The notes below the pieces were generated by a model. That model saw nothing but the letters and a program-made list of their open reading frames with translations, was not told the DNA's origin and ran no database searches. Below, piece after piece: positions 10,188 through 19,886 of a stretch of DNA of 64,000 bases. Source of the DNA: an uncultured bacterium (GTDB lineage: Bacteria; Auribacterota; Erginobacteria; Erginobacterales; CAZKCI01); NCBI GenBank assembly GCA_964584165.1, contig CAZOYW010000006.1, forward strand, positions 36,022 through 100,021, read 5' to 3'. The stretch's first letter is position 1, and each line of letters opens with the position of its first letter. A program made the translations under genes and the position numbers.

Positions 10188-13100
10188 CTACTTGTCGTAT
10201 CCCAACGCCTTCAGTTGCTTGAGCAAATGGAGGGACACCGGGGTGGGGGAGGGCGCCGCCGCGGCCCGCGGGACGTCGGAAATGATCCAATCCAAGTACA
10301 TCTTCTTCTCGCCCCTGATCTCCCGGGCCCTTTTCCGCAACCGGTCCGCCGCCTCCGGGCGGGCCGAGACGAGATCGGCCGCCTCGTCCGGGTCCGCCGC
10401 GAGATCGAAAAGGTGCTCCTGCAGCCTCACGTGGCGGGGATCCCACTCCCGGCAGTAGGAGAAGCCTCCCTCCTCCAGGCGGATCCGGCTCAGGTCGATG
10501 GAATAGCTGACCAGGGTCGGCCGGTAGGAGCCCCGGCCGGCGAGCAGGGGAAGAAAGGACACCCCCTGACGGCGGGGAAGAGCGGGCAGGCCCGCCCAGT
10601 CGCAGATTGTGGGGATCAGGTCGATCAGGCGGACGGTTTCGGCGATCTCGCGGCCGGCGAAAAGTCCCCCGGGAAACTTGACGATCAGGGGGACGCGGAG
10701 GTGCTCGATGAAGAGGCGCCCGTGGCAGCGGCTCTGGTGCTCGTAGAACTCCTGCCCGTGGTCGGCCAAGACCGCGATCAGAGCCTTGTCGTATATACCT
10801 TCCTTGGCCAGGAGCTCCCGCAGTCGGCGGAAGAGGTCGTCGGCGACGGCCACGCCGCCATCGTAGAGCTGGAGCGCGTGATCCCGGTGGTCGGGTCGGG
10901 AGAGGTCGATCCCCTTCCAGAAGGACTTGACTATATCCGCCCCGTTCTTGCCTAAGCCCTCCAGGCCGGTCGGAAGGCCGGGGACGGGGCGGCGAAGAAA
11001 GCGCCGGCGGATTTCCGGGGGACCGAAGACATAGGGGTCGTGGCAGTAGTTGTGATGGATAAAGAGGAAGAGTGGCTTTCCGCGGGCGCGGCTCTCCCCG
11101 ATCGCGGCCGCGATGTCGGCGGGCAAGGCCCCGGGGACGAGGCGGAGGTGGTCGAACGAATCCCGGAAAAGATCGAAGCCGCGGGCGAAGCCGAGTGAGC
11201 CGTCGAGCTCGGCCCCGCCGTGCACCGCCGCCGTGAAATATCCGTTGGCCCGGAGAAGCTCGGCATAGGTGGCGATCTTCGCGGGAAGGCTGTTGGCCCG
11301 CTGGCGGATGCCGACGCCCAGGTTTCGCACCAGGTTGACATCGGGCATCAGGGCGGTCAGGAGCGACATGTAGGAGGGAGCGGAGGTCGGACACTGGCTG
11401 AGCACGCGCCGGAAGAGCACGCCCTCTCGGGCGAGCTCGTCGAGGGCGGGGCTGGTCGGGCTCGGATTCCCATAGCAGGAGAGGCGGTCGGGGCGCAGGG
11501 CGTCGATCGAGAGCAGTACGATGTCGGGAAAGCCCGCGGGGGGAGACGAGCCGGCGACCGGGACCGGGGGGGCGGGCGAGGGCGGGCGGACCGGCGCGCC
11601 GTTTTCGGAACAGTGCTTCCAACCGATGTAGGCCCGGACGTCGGAGGGGTCGAGGTCGACCGCCGCGCGGAAGGAGCCGGCGGCGCGGGTCACGTCGCCG
11701 CGGGCGAGATAAATCTCCCCCTCTTCGAGGATCGCCTCCAGGCCGTCGGGTTCCCGCCGGCGGGCTTCCGCCGCCAATCCCGCGGCCCGGTCGAGATTCC
11801 CCCGTTCCCGGAAAAACCGGGAAAGGTGAACAAGGTCGGCGGCGCCGGGCGCGCCGAGCGACAGGAACCGCTCGAAATACCGCTCCGCCTCCTGGAAATG
11901 TTCCATCCCCTCCTCGGAGTAGCCCAAACCGAGCAGGGCGGAGGGGTTCTCGGGATCGGCGGCGAGCACGCGGGAGAACAGCTCGGACGCCGTCTGAAAA
12001 TCGTCGACCTCATAGCAGGCATAGGCCGATTGGATCATCCAGTCGGCTTCGCCGGGGCGGCGGGCCGGACCCGGGAGAACAGCGCCGGCCCGCGGGACGA
12101 GCCGGGCTTCCGGGGGCACCTCTCGGAAGGCGAAATAGCCGTCCCGCCAATCCGTGAAATAGCTCCGGTCCGCCAGCATCTCCAGACCCGCTCCGAAGTA
12201 GTGGTTGAAGATCGCCCGAAAGGTGTTGGCCGGCGTGATCCCGGGGTAGAGGGCCTTCTCTCCGCCGTCGGGCAGATGGTAGGCGTTCAGGATCGAGAGC
12301 CCCTCCCGCACGTTCGACTTCTCGAACTCGCAGAAGACATACTCCGAACGGGGCCCGTGATCGGCCTGCAGGATGATGATGGGCGGCCGGGAAGACCGCC
12401 GGAGAAGCCCGTCCACCATCTCGAGCACCTTCCGGTTCATGAACTTCAGCTGGCGGACGTAGCGCTCCCGGTACTCCTCCCGGCTGATCCCCAGGCGGTC
12501 GAGGAATCCCGCGGCGTCCCCCGACAGGAAATAATCGGCCAGCTGCACCGGCTCGCCGTTCTCGCCGAAGACAAACGGCGGGTGCGGGGCGCCGAGGTGG
12601 GCGAAGACGAAGAGCGGCCCGGGCAGGAGCGCGGTCTCGGGGATCTCCTCCAGGGCGAAAAGGATCCTCTGCCGGTGGCGCCGATATTGGGCGCTCTCCC
12701 CCCCCAGCAAGGCGAGCAGGGGCGGCAGGGGGGTGGCGTTGATCAGTTCGTTCTGGAACTCGGACGGCGACCAGCCGCAGGAGAAGTAGAGGTCGGCGGC
12801 CCGGAGCTCGGTCTTGTCGTAGCCGCTGGAAAAGGCCGCGAAGCGGTAGCCCAGACCCCGGAGCGAGGCCGCCGTCCGGTTGTTGAGGAGCAGAGACCGG
12901 GGATAGCCGATCTTGCTCGCCCGGAACCTTTTTTCATCCAGATACGACCAGTTGAGCGAGGAGGCGAGGCTGATCAGGCTCAGGTCGTAGTTCGACCGGG
13001 CCCGCTCGGCGACATAGAAACCCCGGGACTTCAGGGCGTCCAGGAACTCGGAGTTGTCGAACCCGTAGACCTCCCGGAGGATGTCGCCGCGGGCGTAGGC

Positions 13101-13643
13101 GTCGAGAATGACGTAGTAGACGTTGGGCAACCCTCCACCCCCCTCGGGCGGGCGAAGCGGGACGGGGGGAAGGGCGACGGCGGGACCGGCCCGCTCGGCC
13201 CGGATCGCCTGGCGGGCGATCCCGAGGAGGGGAAGACCGACCAGCACCAAGCCGACGACGGTGAAGACGGCCGTCCAGGAGGAGAGGCGGCCGCGGAAGC
13301 GGCGGCCGGCCAGGAAGAGCGCGGCGAAAACGGCCGCCCAGAGGGGGAGCAGAAAGCGGTGGCCGCCGACCCGGATCCCGGCGACCGTCCATTCCTGGGC
13401 CAGCTCGTGAAAGCGCCCGTAGGAAAAGAAGAGGAGGAGCAGGAGGGAAACCGTCGCCGCGGCGAACGCCCGGTCCTTCAGGATCAGGCGACCGGCCAGG
13501 AAGAGAACGCCGGCCAGGAGCGCGAGGAGAGCGAGCGGAAGCGGCAGTTCGGACGCCTCTATCTCCTGAAAGTTCCGGGAGTAAAGAAAAAGCGCCGGCG
13601 CCCAGGCGAAAAGAAAAGGGTGGAAGATCGGTCTCGGCCTCAT
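10188..13643 (-). CDS. Large membrane-anchored multidomain protein: N-terminal TM segment + AP-superfamily (LtaS/sulfatase-like) domain + TPR repeats + second sulfatase-fold domain (1151 aa)
   Basis: Four N-terminal TM helices; YYVILDAYARGD and ILQADHGP in domain 1; TPR-like FSRVLAADPENPSALLGLGYSEEGMEHFQEAERYFERFL; domain 2 IVLLSIDALRPDRLSCYGNPSPTSPALDELAREGVLF with motif S-A-P-S-Y and DHGQEF. Confidence 0.8.
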   Translation of the reverse strand: MRPRPIFHPFLFAWAPALFLYSRNFQEIEASELPLPLALLALLAGVLFLAGRLILKDRAFAAATVSLLLLLFFSYGRFHELAQEWTVAGIRVGGHRFLLPLWAAVFAALFLAGRRFRGRLSSWTAVFTVVGLVLVGLPLLGIARQAIRAERAGPAVALPPVPLRPPEGGGGLPNVYYVILDAYARGDILREVYGFDNSEFLDALKSRGFYVAERARSNYDLSLISLASSLNWSYLDEKRFRASKIGYPRSLLLNNRTAASLRGLGYRFAAFSSGYDKTELRAADLYFSCGWSPSEFQNELINATPLPPLLALLGGESAQYRRHRQRILFALEEIPETALLPGPLFVFAHLGAPHPPFVFGENGEPVQLADYFLSGDAAGFLDRLGISREEYRERYVRQLKFMNRKVLEMVDGLLRRSSRPPIIILQADHGPRSEYVFCEFEKSNVREGLSILNAYHLPDGGEKALYPGITPANTFRAIFNHYFGAGLEMLADRSYFTDWRDGYFAFREVPPEARLVPRAGAVLPGPARRPGEADWMIQSAYACYEVDDFQTASELFSRVLAADPENPSALLGLGYSEEGMEHFQEAERYFERFLSLGAPGAADLVHLSRFFRERGNLDRAAGLAAEARRREPDGLEAILEEGEIYLARGDVTRAAGSFRAAVDLDPSDVRAYIGWKHCSENGAPVRPPSPAPPVPVAGSSPPAGFPDIVLLSIDALRPDRLSCYGNPSPTSPALDELAREGVLFRRVLSQCPTSAPSYMSLLTALMPDVNLVRNLGVGIRQRANSLPAKIATYAELLRANGYFTAAVHGGAELDGSLGFARGFDLFRDSFDHLRLVPGALPADIAAAIGESRARGKPLFLFIHHNYCHDPYVFGPPEIRRRFLRRPVPGLPTGLEGLGKNGADIVKSFWKGIDLSRPDHRDHALQLYDGGVAVADDLFRRLRELLAKEGIYDKALIAVLADHGQEFYEHQSRCHGRLFIEHLRVPLIVKFPGGLFAGREIAETVRLIDLIPTICDWAGLPALPRRQGVSFLPLLAGRGSYRPTLVSYSIDLSRIRLEEGGFSYCREWDPRHVRLQEHLFDLAADPDEAADLVSARPEAADRLRKRAREIRGEKKMYLDWIISDVPRAAAAPSPTPVSLHLLKQLKALGYDK

Positions 13644-13706
13644 CGCGGATCGGATCGGCCCTGCATCATGTAAATGAGACCGTCCGTCGGATCGGTTGCC
13701 CGCTTC

Positions 13707-15188
13707 TCATCTTCCTTGCCCCGGTTCCTCCGCCCGAGGAATCCCCTTCTCCCGCCCCGGCGATCCGGAGAGGTAGCGCAGGTAGTTCTTGCGCGCGCGC
13801 CAGAAGACCTTCGCCGCCTCCGCCCAGGAGATCGGCTTCTCGGACTTGTAGCGCCAGAGGGAGGATAGCACATAGATCAGGAAAAAGAGCCTTTTGGATC
13901 GGACCCGGACCAGGCGGCGGAAGAGGGGGAGGAGGGCGGGGAAGCGCATCGCCAGGTGCGAGATCTTCTGCACGCGCTCGATCGTCTCGATCCCCGGAAA
14001 GCGGAAGACGCTGTTCAGGTGGATCCCCCGGTACGCCGGGGAGCGGAGGTAGTCGGGATCGAGGATCCCCGCCTTCCGGGCCGACTCCTCGATCGCGGTC
14101 TTGGGGAAGGGAAGGAGGACGTTGGAGGCGAGGAAGTCCGCGCCCAGGCGGAGGTTGAAGCGGATGTTCTCGAAGGCCTCGTCCACGGTCTCGAAGGGGA
14201 GTCCGAACATCACCGTGGTCTGGAGCTTCATCCCCTGCTCCTTGATCAGGCGGGCGGCGGCGAGCATCTCCTCGTTGGTCACGCGCTTGTTCAGGACCTC
14301 GAACCGCTTTCGCTCGCTCGCCGTCTCGACGCCGAAGTTCACGGTGTGGCATCCGCTCTCCTTGAGGAGGCGGGCGATCTCGGGGGTGAAGTTGGGCGGC
14401 GTGATCGCGCAGAAATAGGGGAGGCCGATCTCGCGGCGGTAGAGATCGGTGAAGCGCTTGAGCCAGCCGACGTCCATGATGAAGACGTCGTCGAGGAAAC
14501 AGAGCGAGGAGAGGCCGTAGCGCTTCTTCACCCCGGCGATCTCGGCGATCACCCGCTCCGGCGACTTCCGCCGGACGTAGCGGCCCTTCCCCCGGTAGAG
14601 GCGGCTGTAGACCTGGTGGCAGCAGAAGGCGCAGTCGAAGGGGCAGCCCCGGGAGGCCATGAAGTGCTTGAGCCGCTCGTCCCGGAGCGAGGGATACTTG
14701 CGGTAATAGAGATCGCGGTCCTCCTCGGGGAGCGAGTCGAGGTCGAGGATCGGCTCCGGTTCCCCCCCCCGGACGATCTCCCCACGCCGTTTTACCCAGA
14801 AACCGGGGAGCGGCTCCGGCTTCCCCCCGGCCCGGAGGGCGGCCAGGAAACGGGGGAAGGAGCGGTCCCCCTCGCCGACGCAGACGGCGTCGATACCCTC
14901 CTCCGCGACCATCTCCGGGCAGGCCGTGGCGTGGATGTAGCCGGCGACCACGGTCACGGAGGGATGGAGGGCCTTGACCCTCCGGGCCTGCTCCAGCATC
15001 CAGGCGTATTCCAGCGACATCACCGGGAGGGCGAGTACGTCCGGGCGGAAGGCCGCGGCGGAAGCCGCCGCGTCCCGCTCGAGGTCGCCGATGAAGACCT
15101 CCCGCTCCACCTCCGGAGGCAGTGAGGCGGAGAGGGCCATCACGCCGAAGTAGGGGAAAGGGTATTTCTGGAGAAAGGCGATCCGCAT
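13707..15188 (-). CDS. B12-binding (class B) radical SAM enzyme (493 aa)
   Basis: N-terminal cobalamin-binding-like domain; SRGCPFDCAFCCH radical SAM cluster. Confidence 0.85.
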   Translation of the reverse strand: MRIAFLQKYPFPYFGVMALSASLPPEVEREVFIGDLERDAAASAAAFRPDVLALPVMSLEYAWMLEQARRVKALHPSVTVVAGYIHATACPEMVAEEGIDAVCVGEGDRSFPRFLAALRAGGKPEPLPGFWVKRRGEIVRGGEPEPILDLDSLPEEDRDLYYRKYPSLRDERLKHFMASRGCPFDCAFCCHQVYSRLYRGKGRYVRRKSPERVIAEIAGVKKRYGLSSLCFLDDVFIMDVGWLKRFTDLYRREIGLPYFCAITPPNFTPEIARLLKESGCHTVNFGVETASERKRFEVLNKRVTNEEMLAAARLIKEQGMKLQTTVMFGLPFETVDEAFENIRFNLRLGADFLASNVLLPFPKTAIEESARKAGILDPDYLRSPAYRGIHLNSVFRFPGIETIERVQKISHLAMRFPALLPLFRRLVRVRSKRLFFLIYVLSSLWRYKSEKPISWAEAAKVFWRARKNYLRYLSGSPGREKGIPRAEEPGQGR

Positions 15189-15224
15189 CGGGGATAGGGG
15201 ATGGGGGCTAGAGGTTAGGTTTTT

Positions 15225-15248
15225 GGGTTCAGGGTTCAGGGTTCAGGG
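15225..15248. repeat. Tandem heptamer (GGGTTCA)x3 spanning the stop codon of the YfhO gene
   Basis: gggttcagggttcagggttcagggg read directly; it encodes the C-terminal ...LNPEP* on the - strand. Confidence 0.5.
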
Positions 15249-17517
15249 GCCGGCGGCGGAGGCCGCCGAGGGCGACGACGGCCAGGAAGAGAGCGACGGC
15301 GGAGGAGAAGACGGCGGGGGCAACGAACGCCCAGTGGCGGCCGTTGAAATAGAACAGCACGCGATGGCGCCCGGCGGGGACGGGCGTCCCCATCAGGACG
15401 TGGTAGACCCGGCGAAGAGGCGCTGGCTCGCCGTCCACCTCCGCCCGCCAGGGGAAGAACCAGAACTCGGAGAAGACGAGCCAGGCCGGGGCGGGAAGAT
15501 CGACCAGGGCTTCGATCCGGTCGCGGCGGCGAGCGCTCACCCGGATCGTCCCCTCCTCCGAGACGGCCGCCGGCCGCAGGGCCAGGGACTCGTCGGCGGC
15601 GTTGACATAGGCGATCCGCGCGATATCGGCTTCCCCCTCCCGCAAGCCGCGGAGAAAGTCCCCGTCTCGGACCACGGGCTCGGCGCGGAAACGGAGGAAG
15701 AGCTCCTCCTCCGCCCCCGGGTTGACCCGGAGATGGGCGTCGACCCGGCTCAGGCTCTCCAGCCCCTTCCGGCTGGTGTCCTCGGGGTCCCAGGAGGCGA
15801 AATAGGCGTCGAGGTCGATGAAGTATTTGACGTTGAGCAGTGACCACATCGGGTTCGACCAGTCGGCGAAGATGATCTCCTGGATCTCGCGAACCCGCCG
15901 CAGCTCCTCGTCGAGGAGGAAGTAGGGGAAGATCGGCCGGATTCCGTCGGAGAGGGCGTTGAGGTAGAAGTTGTGGGAGAAGAGGTCGGGGAGGTCCTTC
16001 ACGCCGAAGAAGGCGCGGTAATCCCGGCGGTCGGGCTGGCTGGCGAGCGCCTCCACCCGGGGCTGGGGACGGTAGATCTCGTCGTAGCGGTAGTAGGCGG
16101 TGGGGTCGCCCCGGTTCGCCTCCCCCAGGGTGGAGAAGAGGGCGGTTTTTTCCAGAAAAAAGAGGGGGAAGATCAGCCAGGCCGCGCGGAGGTCGAGGCG
16201 GGTGAAGGCGAGGGTGGCGAGGATCAACCAGGAGAAGGAGCAGGCGACGACGCCGCGGAGGGGTATCCCGCCCGCCCCGCGGAGGTGGAGGAGAAGCACG
16301 GCGGCGGGGAGCAGGACCGTCCCGCCGGCGATCCAGCGAAGGGAGCGCCGAAAGGAGAGGGAGTCGACGGCCAGGGCGACCAGGAAGGCGTAGAGGAAGT
16401 AGAGGAGCATCGCCATCCGGGCCGGGTGGCGGAGACCGAAGACCTTCATGAACCAGCCCTGCAGGGGAGCCAGGGGGGAGTGCTTCCCCAGGATCCAGAG
16501 GAAGCAGAGAAGGAGGGCGGAGAGCCAGAGGAGGCGGTCGGGGCGCCGGAAAAGGCGGAACAGCCCCACGGCCACCAGGGGGAGGAGGACGAGCGAGAAC
16601 TCCAGTGTGTTCTCCCAGGGATAGTCCGGGCGATCGGTGAAGCCGGTGGAGAGCTGGGTGAGGAAGAAGCGGGGGAGGGAGAGCGAATACTCCAGGATCG
16701 AGTCGAGCGGCTCGGCCCCCCTCCCCTGCTCGGGGAGCGAGTAGAGCGTGGGGATGGCTTGGACGGCGAAGACCATCCCGGCGAGAAGAAAGACCGCCAG
16801 GAGAAGCCGGAGGTTCCGCCACGAGAAGGGGCGCTGGCAGAGGGCCATCAGAGCCAGGAAAAGCCCGAAGAAGAAGGTCGGCTTGACGTCGCCGTTGGAG
16901 ACGAGGCCGATCCCGAGGAGGAGGGCGGAGAGGGCCGCCCAGCGGCGGCGGGCGGCGGAGCCGGGAGCGGCCAGGAGCGCGCGGCCAAAGGCCAGCAGAT
17001 AGAGCGGGGCGAAGAGGACGGCGGAGATCCGGTCGTAGCCGTGGCGGATCCCGAAGACATAGGTCTGATGGTTGTAGGCGTAGGCCAGCCCCCCGAGGAG
17101 GGATCCGGCCGGCCCGAGCCCCCGGGAGCGGAGGAAGAGGAACATGGCGAGGGCGCAGAGGACCTGGAGAACTGCCAGCACGGCGAGGAGGGCGGCCAGA
17201 AGGACGGGGCCGGTCAGGGCCGGGAAGAGGCGGTGGGCGGCGAGGAGCGCGAGGGTCACGGGGGAGAAGATCGGAGCCTGGGGAAAACGGGGAAGGTACT
17301 GGAGGTAGACGGGGTCCCAGAAGAGGGCAGCCCCCTCGTCCGCGGAGCGGAAGAGCGCTTCGACCTGGCAGAGCGTGTCCTTCAGCTCGTACCCCAGCAT
17401 CCCGGAGAAGCCGGGACTGAAGTAGGACTTCCCGTAGAAGGAGAGGAAGGCGAGGGCGGAGATCGCGAGGACGAGGGCGATCTGGCGGCCGGTGATCTTG
17501 GAGAATGCGGCATCCAT
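15229..17517 (-). CDS. YfhO-family GT-C membrane glycosyltransferase (762 aa)
   Basis: Polytopic; C-terminal FSEFWFFPWRAEVDGEPAPLRRVYHVLMGTPVPAGRHRVLFYF YfhO signature. Confidence 0.8.
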   Translation of the reverse strand: MDAAFSKITGRQIALVLAISALAFLSFYGKSYFSPGFSGMLGYELKDTLCQVEALFRSADEGAALFWDPVYLQYLPRFPQAPIFSPVTLALLAAHRLFPALTGPVLLAALLAVLAVLQVLCALAMFLFLRSRGLGPAGSLLGGLAYAYNHQTYVFGIRHGYDRISAVLFAPLYLLAFGRALLAAPGSAARRRWAALSALLLGIGLVSNGDVKPTFFFGLFLALMALCQRPFSWRNLRLLLAVFLLAGMVFAVQAIPTLYSLPEQGRGAEPLDSILEYSLSLPRFFLTQLSTGFTDRPDYPWENTLEFSLVLLPLVAVGLFRLFRRPDRLLWLSALLLCFLWILGKHSPLAPLQGWFMKVFGLRHPARMAMLLYFLYAFLVALAVDSLSFRRSLRWIAGGTVLLPAAVLLLHLRGAGGIPLRGVVACSFSWLILATLAFTRLDLRAAWLIFPLFFLEKTALFSTLGEANRGDPTAYYRYDEIYRPQPRVEALASQPDRRDYRAFFGVKDLPDLFSHNFYLNALSDGIRPIFPYFLLDEELRRVREIQEIIFADWSNPMWSLLNVKYFIDLDAYFASWDPEDTSRKGLESLSRVDAHLRVNPGAEEELFLRFRAEPVVRDGDFLRGLREGEADIARIAYVNAADESLALRPAAVSEEGTIRVSARRRDRIEALVDLPAPAWLVFSEFWFFPWRAEVDGEPAPLRRVYHVLMGTPVPAGRHRVLFYFNGRHWAFVAPAVFSSAVALFLAVVALGGLRRRPLNPEP

Positions 17518-17612
17518 GGTCTGCGATCGGTCACGGCGGTTTTTAACCGCGAATTGACGCGAATCTCCGCGAATATATCGGACAACCGATCACTTCTTCT
17601 ATTTGCCGGTTG

Positions 17613-17682
17613 CCTGTGGGAGCGACATTCTTGTCGCGAGCCACGCCCTATGGGATCGGGGCAGGAATGCCCCTCCCACAGG
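17613..17682. repeat. REP-like palindromic intergenic element (CCTGTGGGAGCGACATTCTTGTCGCGAG...GGGGCAGGAATGCCCCTCCCACAGG)
   Basis: 70-bp imperfect palindrome with terminal inverted repeats CCTGTGGGAG/CTCCCACAGG; a second copy lies at 48599-48710. Confidence 0.6.
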
Positions 17683-17714
17683 CTCGCTGAGCTGGGGCAC
17701 ACGCGATCGACCGG

Positions 17715-18767
17715 CTAGAGTTTCTCCCTTTCCCGGCGCCGCGGCCAGAGGTTTCCCAGGATAGTCTGGTAAGCCTCGCAGGGCGTCCAGCACTGGGGGC
17801 AGCGTCCGGAGTGGATCTCCCCCTGCAGGGCGCCGACCACCGGCGACGACCAGAGGCGGCCCAGGGAAAATCCCTCCCCCCGGAGGTTCCCCAACGGGCG
17901 GTCGTAGCCCGCGCAGGGGTAGACGGTCCCGGCGGGGTCGACGAAGCAGGACGCAGAGAGGGAGAGGCAGGGGAGCGGGCATCTCCCCGTGCGCAGATAA
18001 GCGCGGGCGAGCGAGAGGTAGCGCCGCTCCAAATAACTCTCCGGACGGAGCGCTCCCCCCGTCCGGGGGAGAGAAGAGAGGAGATCCTCCGGCTCCTCCG
18101 GGAGGAGGGAGGCTTCGCCCGGGTTATGGTAGAAGAACGAGCGGTGGACGAGGTTGAAATGAAGATCGGAGGGCTTCACCCAGGGGAGATACCGCCTCAC
18201 CGCCGCCAGCGTATCACCGACCGACCGGAAGTTCTCCGCGTGCAGGGTCATCCCCAGGTAGGCCTCCGCCCCAACCTCCCGCCGGAGGCGACCGAACGTC
18301 TCCAGGGCGCGGGCGAAGGATCCCTCCACCCCGCGCAGGCGGTCGTGGAGGGCGGGGGGGCCGTCGAGGCTGACGCTGACGATGAAGCGGGGCGGGCCGG
18401 AAGCGAGCGCCGCCCGCGCGGCGGCGAGAACGCGCTCGACCAGGTAGCCGTTGGTGGGGAAGTGCAGGAGGAGGAGCCGGCGGGAACGGGACGCGATCGC
18501 CCGGATGATCTCCGGCAGGTCTTCGCGCAGGGCGACCTCGCCCCCCGTCAGATCGACCCAGGAGAAGAAGGGATTGCGCTCGAAAAAAGAGTCGATCTCG
18601 CGGAGCGACAGATCGTCGGCGGACGGATGCGCCCAGGTCCGGCAGGCGAGGCAGCGGAGGTTGCAGCGGTAGGTGAGGGCGAAGGTGAGCTTGTATGGGC
18701 TCTGGAGGCGCCGGAAGTTGGAGAGGAGCGCCCGGGCGCCGAGTCGGAGATAGGAAAGGAGAGGCAT
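17715..18767 (-). CDS. Radical SAM/SPASM-domain enzyme, anSME-like paralog (350 aa)
   Basis: CNLRCLAC cluster; SLDGPPALHDRLRGVEGSF shared with the other three SPASM paralogs; C-terminal CPLPC...CPQCWTPCEAY. Confidence 0.85.
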   Translation of the reverse strand: MPLLSYLRLGARALLSNFRRLQSPYKLTFALTYRCNLRCLACRTWAHPSADDLSLREIDSFFERNPFFSWVDLTGGEVALREDLPEIIRAIASRSRRLLLLHFPTNGYLVERVLAAARAALASGPPRFIVSVSLDGPPALHDRLRGVEGSFARALETFGRLRREVGAEAYLGMTLHAENFRSVGDTLAAVRRYLPWVKPSDLHFNLVHRSFFYHNPGEASLLPEEPEDLLSSLPRTGGALRPESYLERRYLSLARAYLRTGRCPLPCLSLSASCFVDPAGTVYPCAGYDRPLGNLRGEGFSLGRLWSSPVVGALQGEIHSGRCPQCWTPCEAYQTILGNLWPRRREREKL

Positions 18768-18777
18768 CGGGGATTAA

Positions 18778-18830
18778 GTGATCAGTAATCAGTAATCAGT
18801 GATCAGTGATCAGTGATCAGTGATCAGTAA
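18778..18830. repeat. Perfect tandem heptamer array (GTGATCA/GTAATCA)x7 in the 123-bp gap upstream of the SPASM gene
   Basis: gtgatcagtaatcagtaatcagtgatcagtgatcagtgatcagtgatcagtaa; followed by gaacc-rich direct repeats (aactgcgaaccgcgaacccgtgaaccgttgaaccctg). Confidence 0.7.
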
Positions 18831-18890
18831 ACTGCGAACCGCGAACCCGTGAACCGTTGAACCCTGTATCCCGCATCCCGGTCCATCCTT

Positions 18891-19652
18891 TCATCCGAGA
18901 AGAAGATATTTCAGCCAGCTATACACGTATCGGCAAGACACCCGGCGGAGGCGGATCTTCGACTCCCCGAAGCGGCGGCTGAATTCGTGGGAGGGGATCT
19001 CGGCGATCCGGAAGCCCTTCCGCAGGGTCTTGATCGTCATCTCCTGCTCGATGGTGGTGATGTTCTCCTTGAGATCGAGGGCGCGAGCGCACTCCGCTGA
19101 GAGCGCCCGGAAGCCGTTCTGCGACTCGCTCAAGCGCACGCCGAAGCGGTAGTTGATCCCGAGCGTGATGATGTCGCTCCCGATCATCCGGAGAAACTTG
19201 TTCAAGTCGCCGTGAAGCTCGTCGGAGCCTCCCCGGGGGCGGGAGCCGACGACGTGGTCGGCCTCTCCCCGGAGGATGGGGAGGACCAGGCGGGGGATGT
19301 CGGCGGGACGGTGGGAGTAGTCGGCGTCGATAAAGACGATGACCTCGCCCGCGGCCTCCCGGATCGCGGTCCGCACGCCATCCCCCTTCCCCTTCCCCCC
19401 GTCCAGGACCACCCGGCAGCCCAAGCCGGAAGCGATCTCGCGGGTCCGGTCGGAGGAATGGCCGTCCACCACCAGGAGCTCGTCGGCGTAGGGGCGGGAG
19501 AAGCGGACGATCTCGCCGATCGACTTCTCCTCGTTCCGGGTCGGGATGACCACCGTGACCTTCTTCGTCCGGCGGCCGTACTCGGCGAGGATCTCCTCGT
19601 CGGAGCCGGCGGGGGCCCAGGGGTCGGCCGAATCGATCGGCGGGCGGTTCAT
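18891..19652 (-). CDS. GT2 polyprenyl-phosphate sugar synthase, DPM1/GtrB-like, soluble (253 aa)
   Basis: VTVVIPTRNEEKSIGEIV...VVDGHSSDRT...FIDADYSH; DPM1-type GT-A catalytic core. Confidence 0.85.
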   Translation of the reverse strand: MNRPPIDSADPWAPAGSDEEILAEYGRRTKKVTVVIPTRNEEKSIGEIVRFSRPYADELLVVDGHSSDRTREIASGLGCRVVLDGGKGKGDGVRTAIREAAGEVIVFIDADYSHRPADIPRLVLPILRGEADHVVGSRPRGGSDELHGDLNKFLRMIGSDIITLGINYRFGVRLSESQNGFRALSAECARALDLKENITTIEQEMTIKTLRKGFRIAEIPSHEFSRRFGESKIRLRRVSCRYVYSWLKYLLLG

Positions 19653-19886
19653 GCGGCCATTATGGGGGAGAGAAACCTTTCTGCCAAGACTTCTTCGGGC
19701 GCAAGAAACGGCTCGTTAGGTTATCGCGCCAAGACGCCAAGTCGCAAAGGGGGGATAGAGGATAGGGGATAGAGTTTAGAGATGGGGGGGCGGTGGCGTC
19801 GACCGAGAGAACGCGGTTTGCCTCCTCTGTAAGGCCTCAGTTACGAGGGGGAAATCCCATGGGAGCGGCGTCTAGCTTGCCCCGCA

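Noticed and set aside
11220-13673. 817-aa + strand ORF (and 10215-10955)
   Set aside because: Antisense to the 1151-aa multidomain gene, which has clear domain signatures; its composition is typical of GC-rich reverse frames
15973-17718. 581-aa + strand ORF
   Set aside because: Antisense to the YfhO gene; E/G-rich low complexity
18778-18830. CRISPR array
   Set aside because: Units are 7 nt with no spacers and no cas genes; it is a simple tandem repeat
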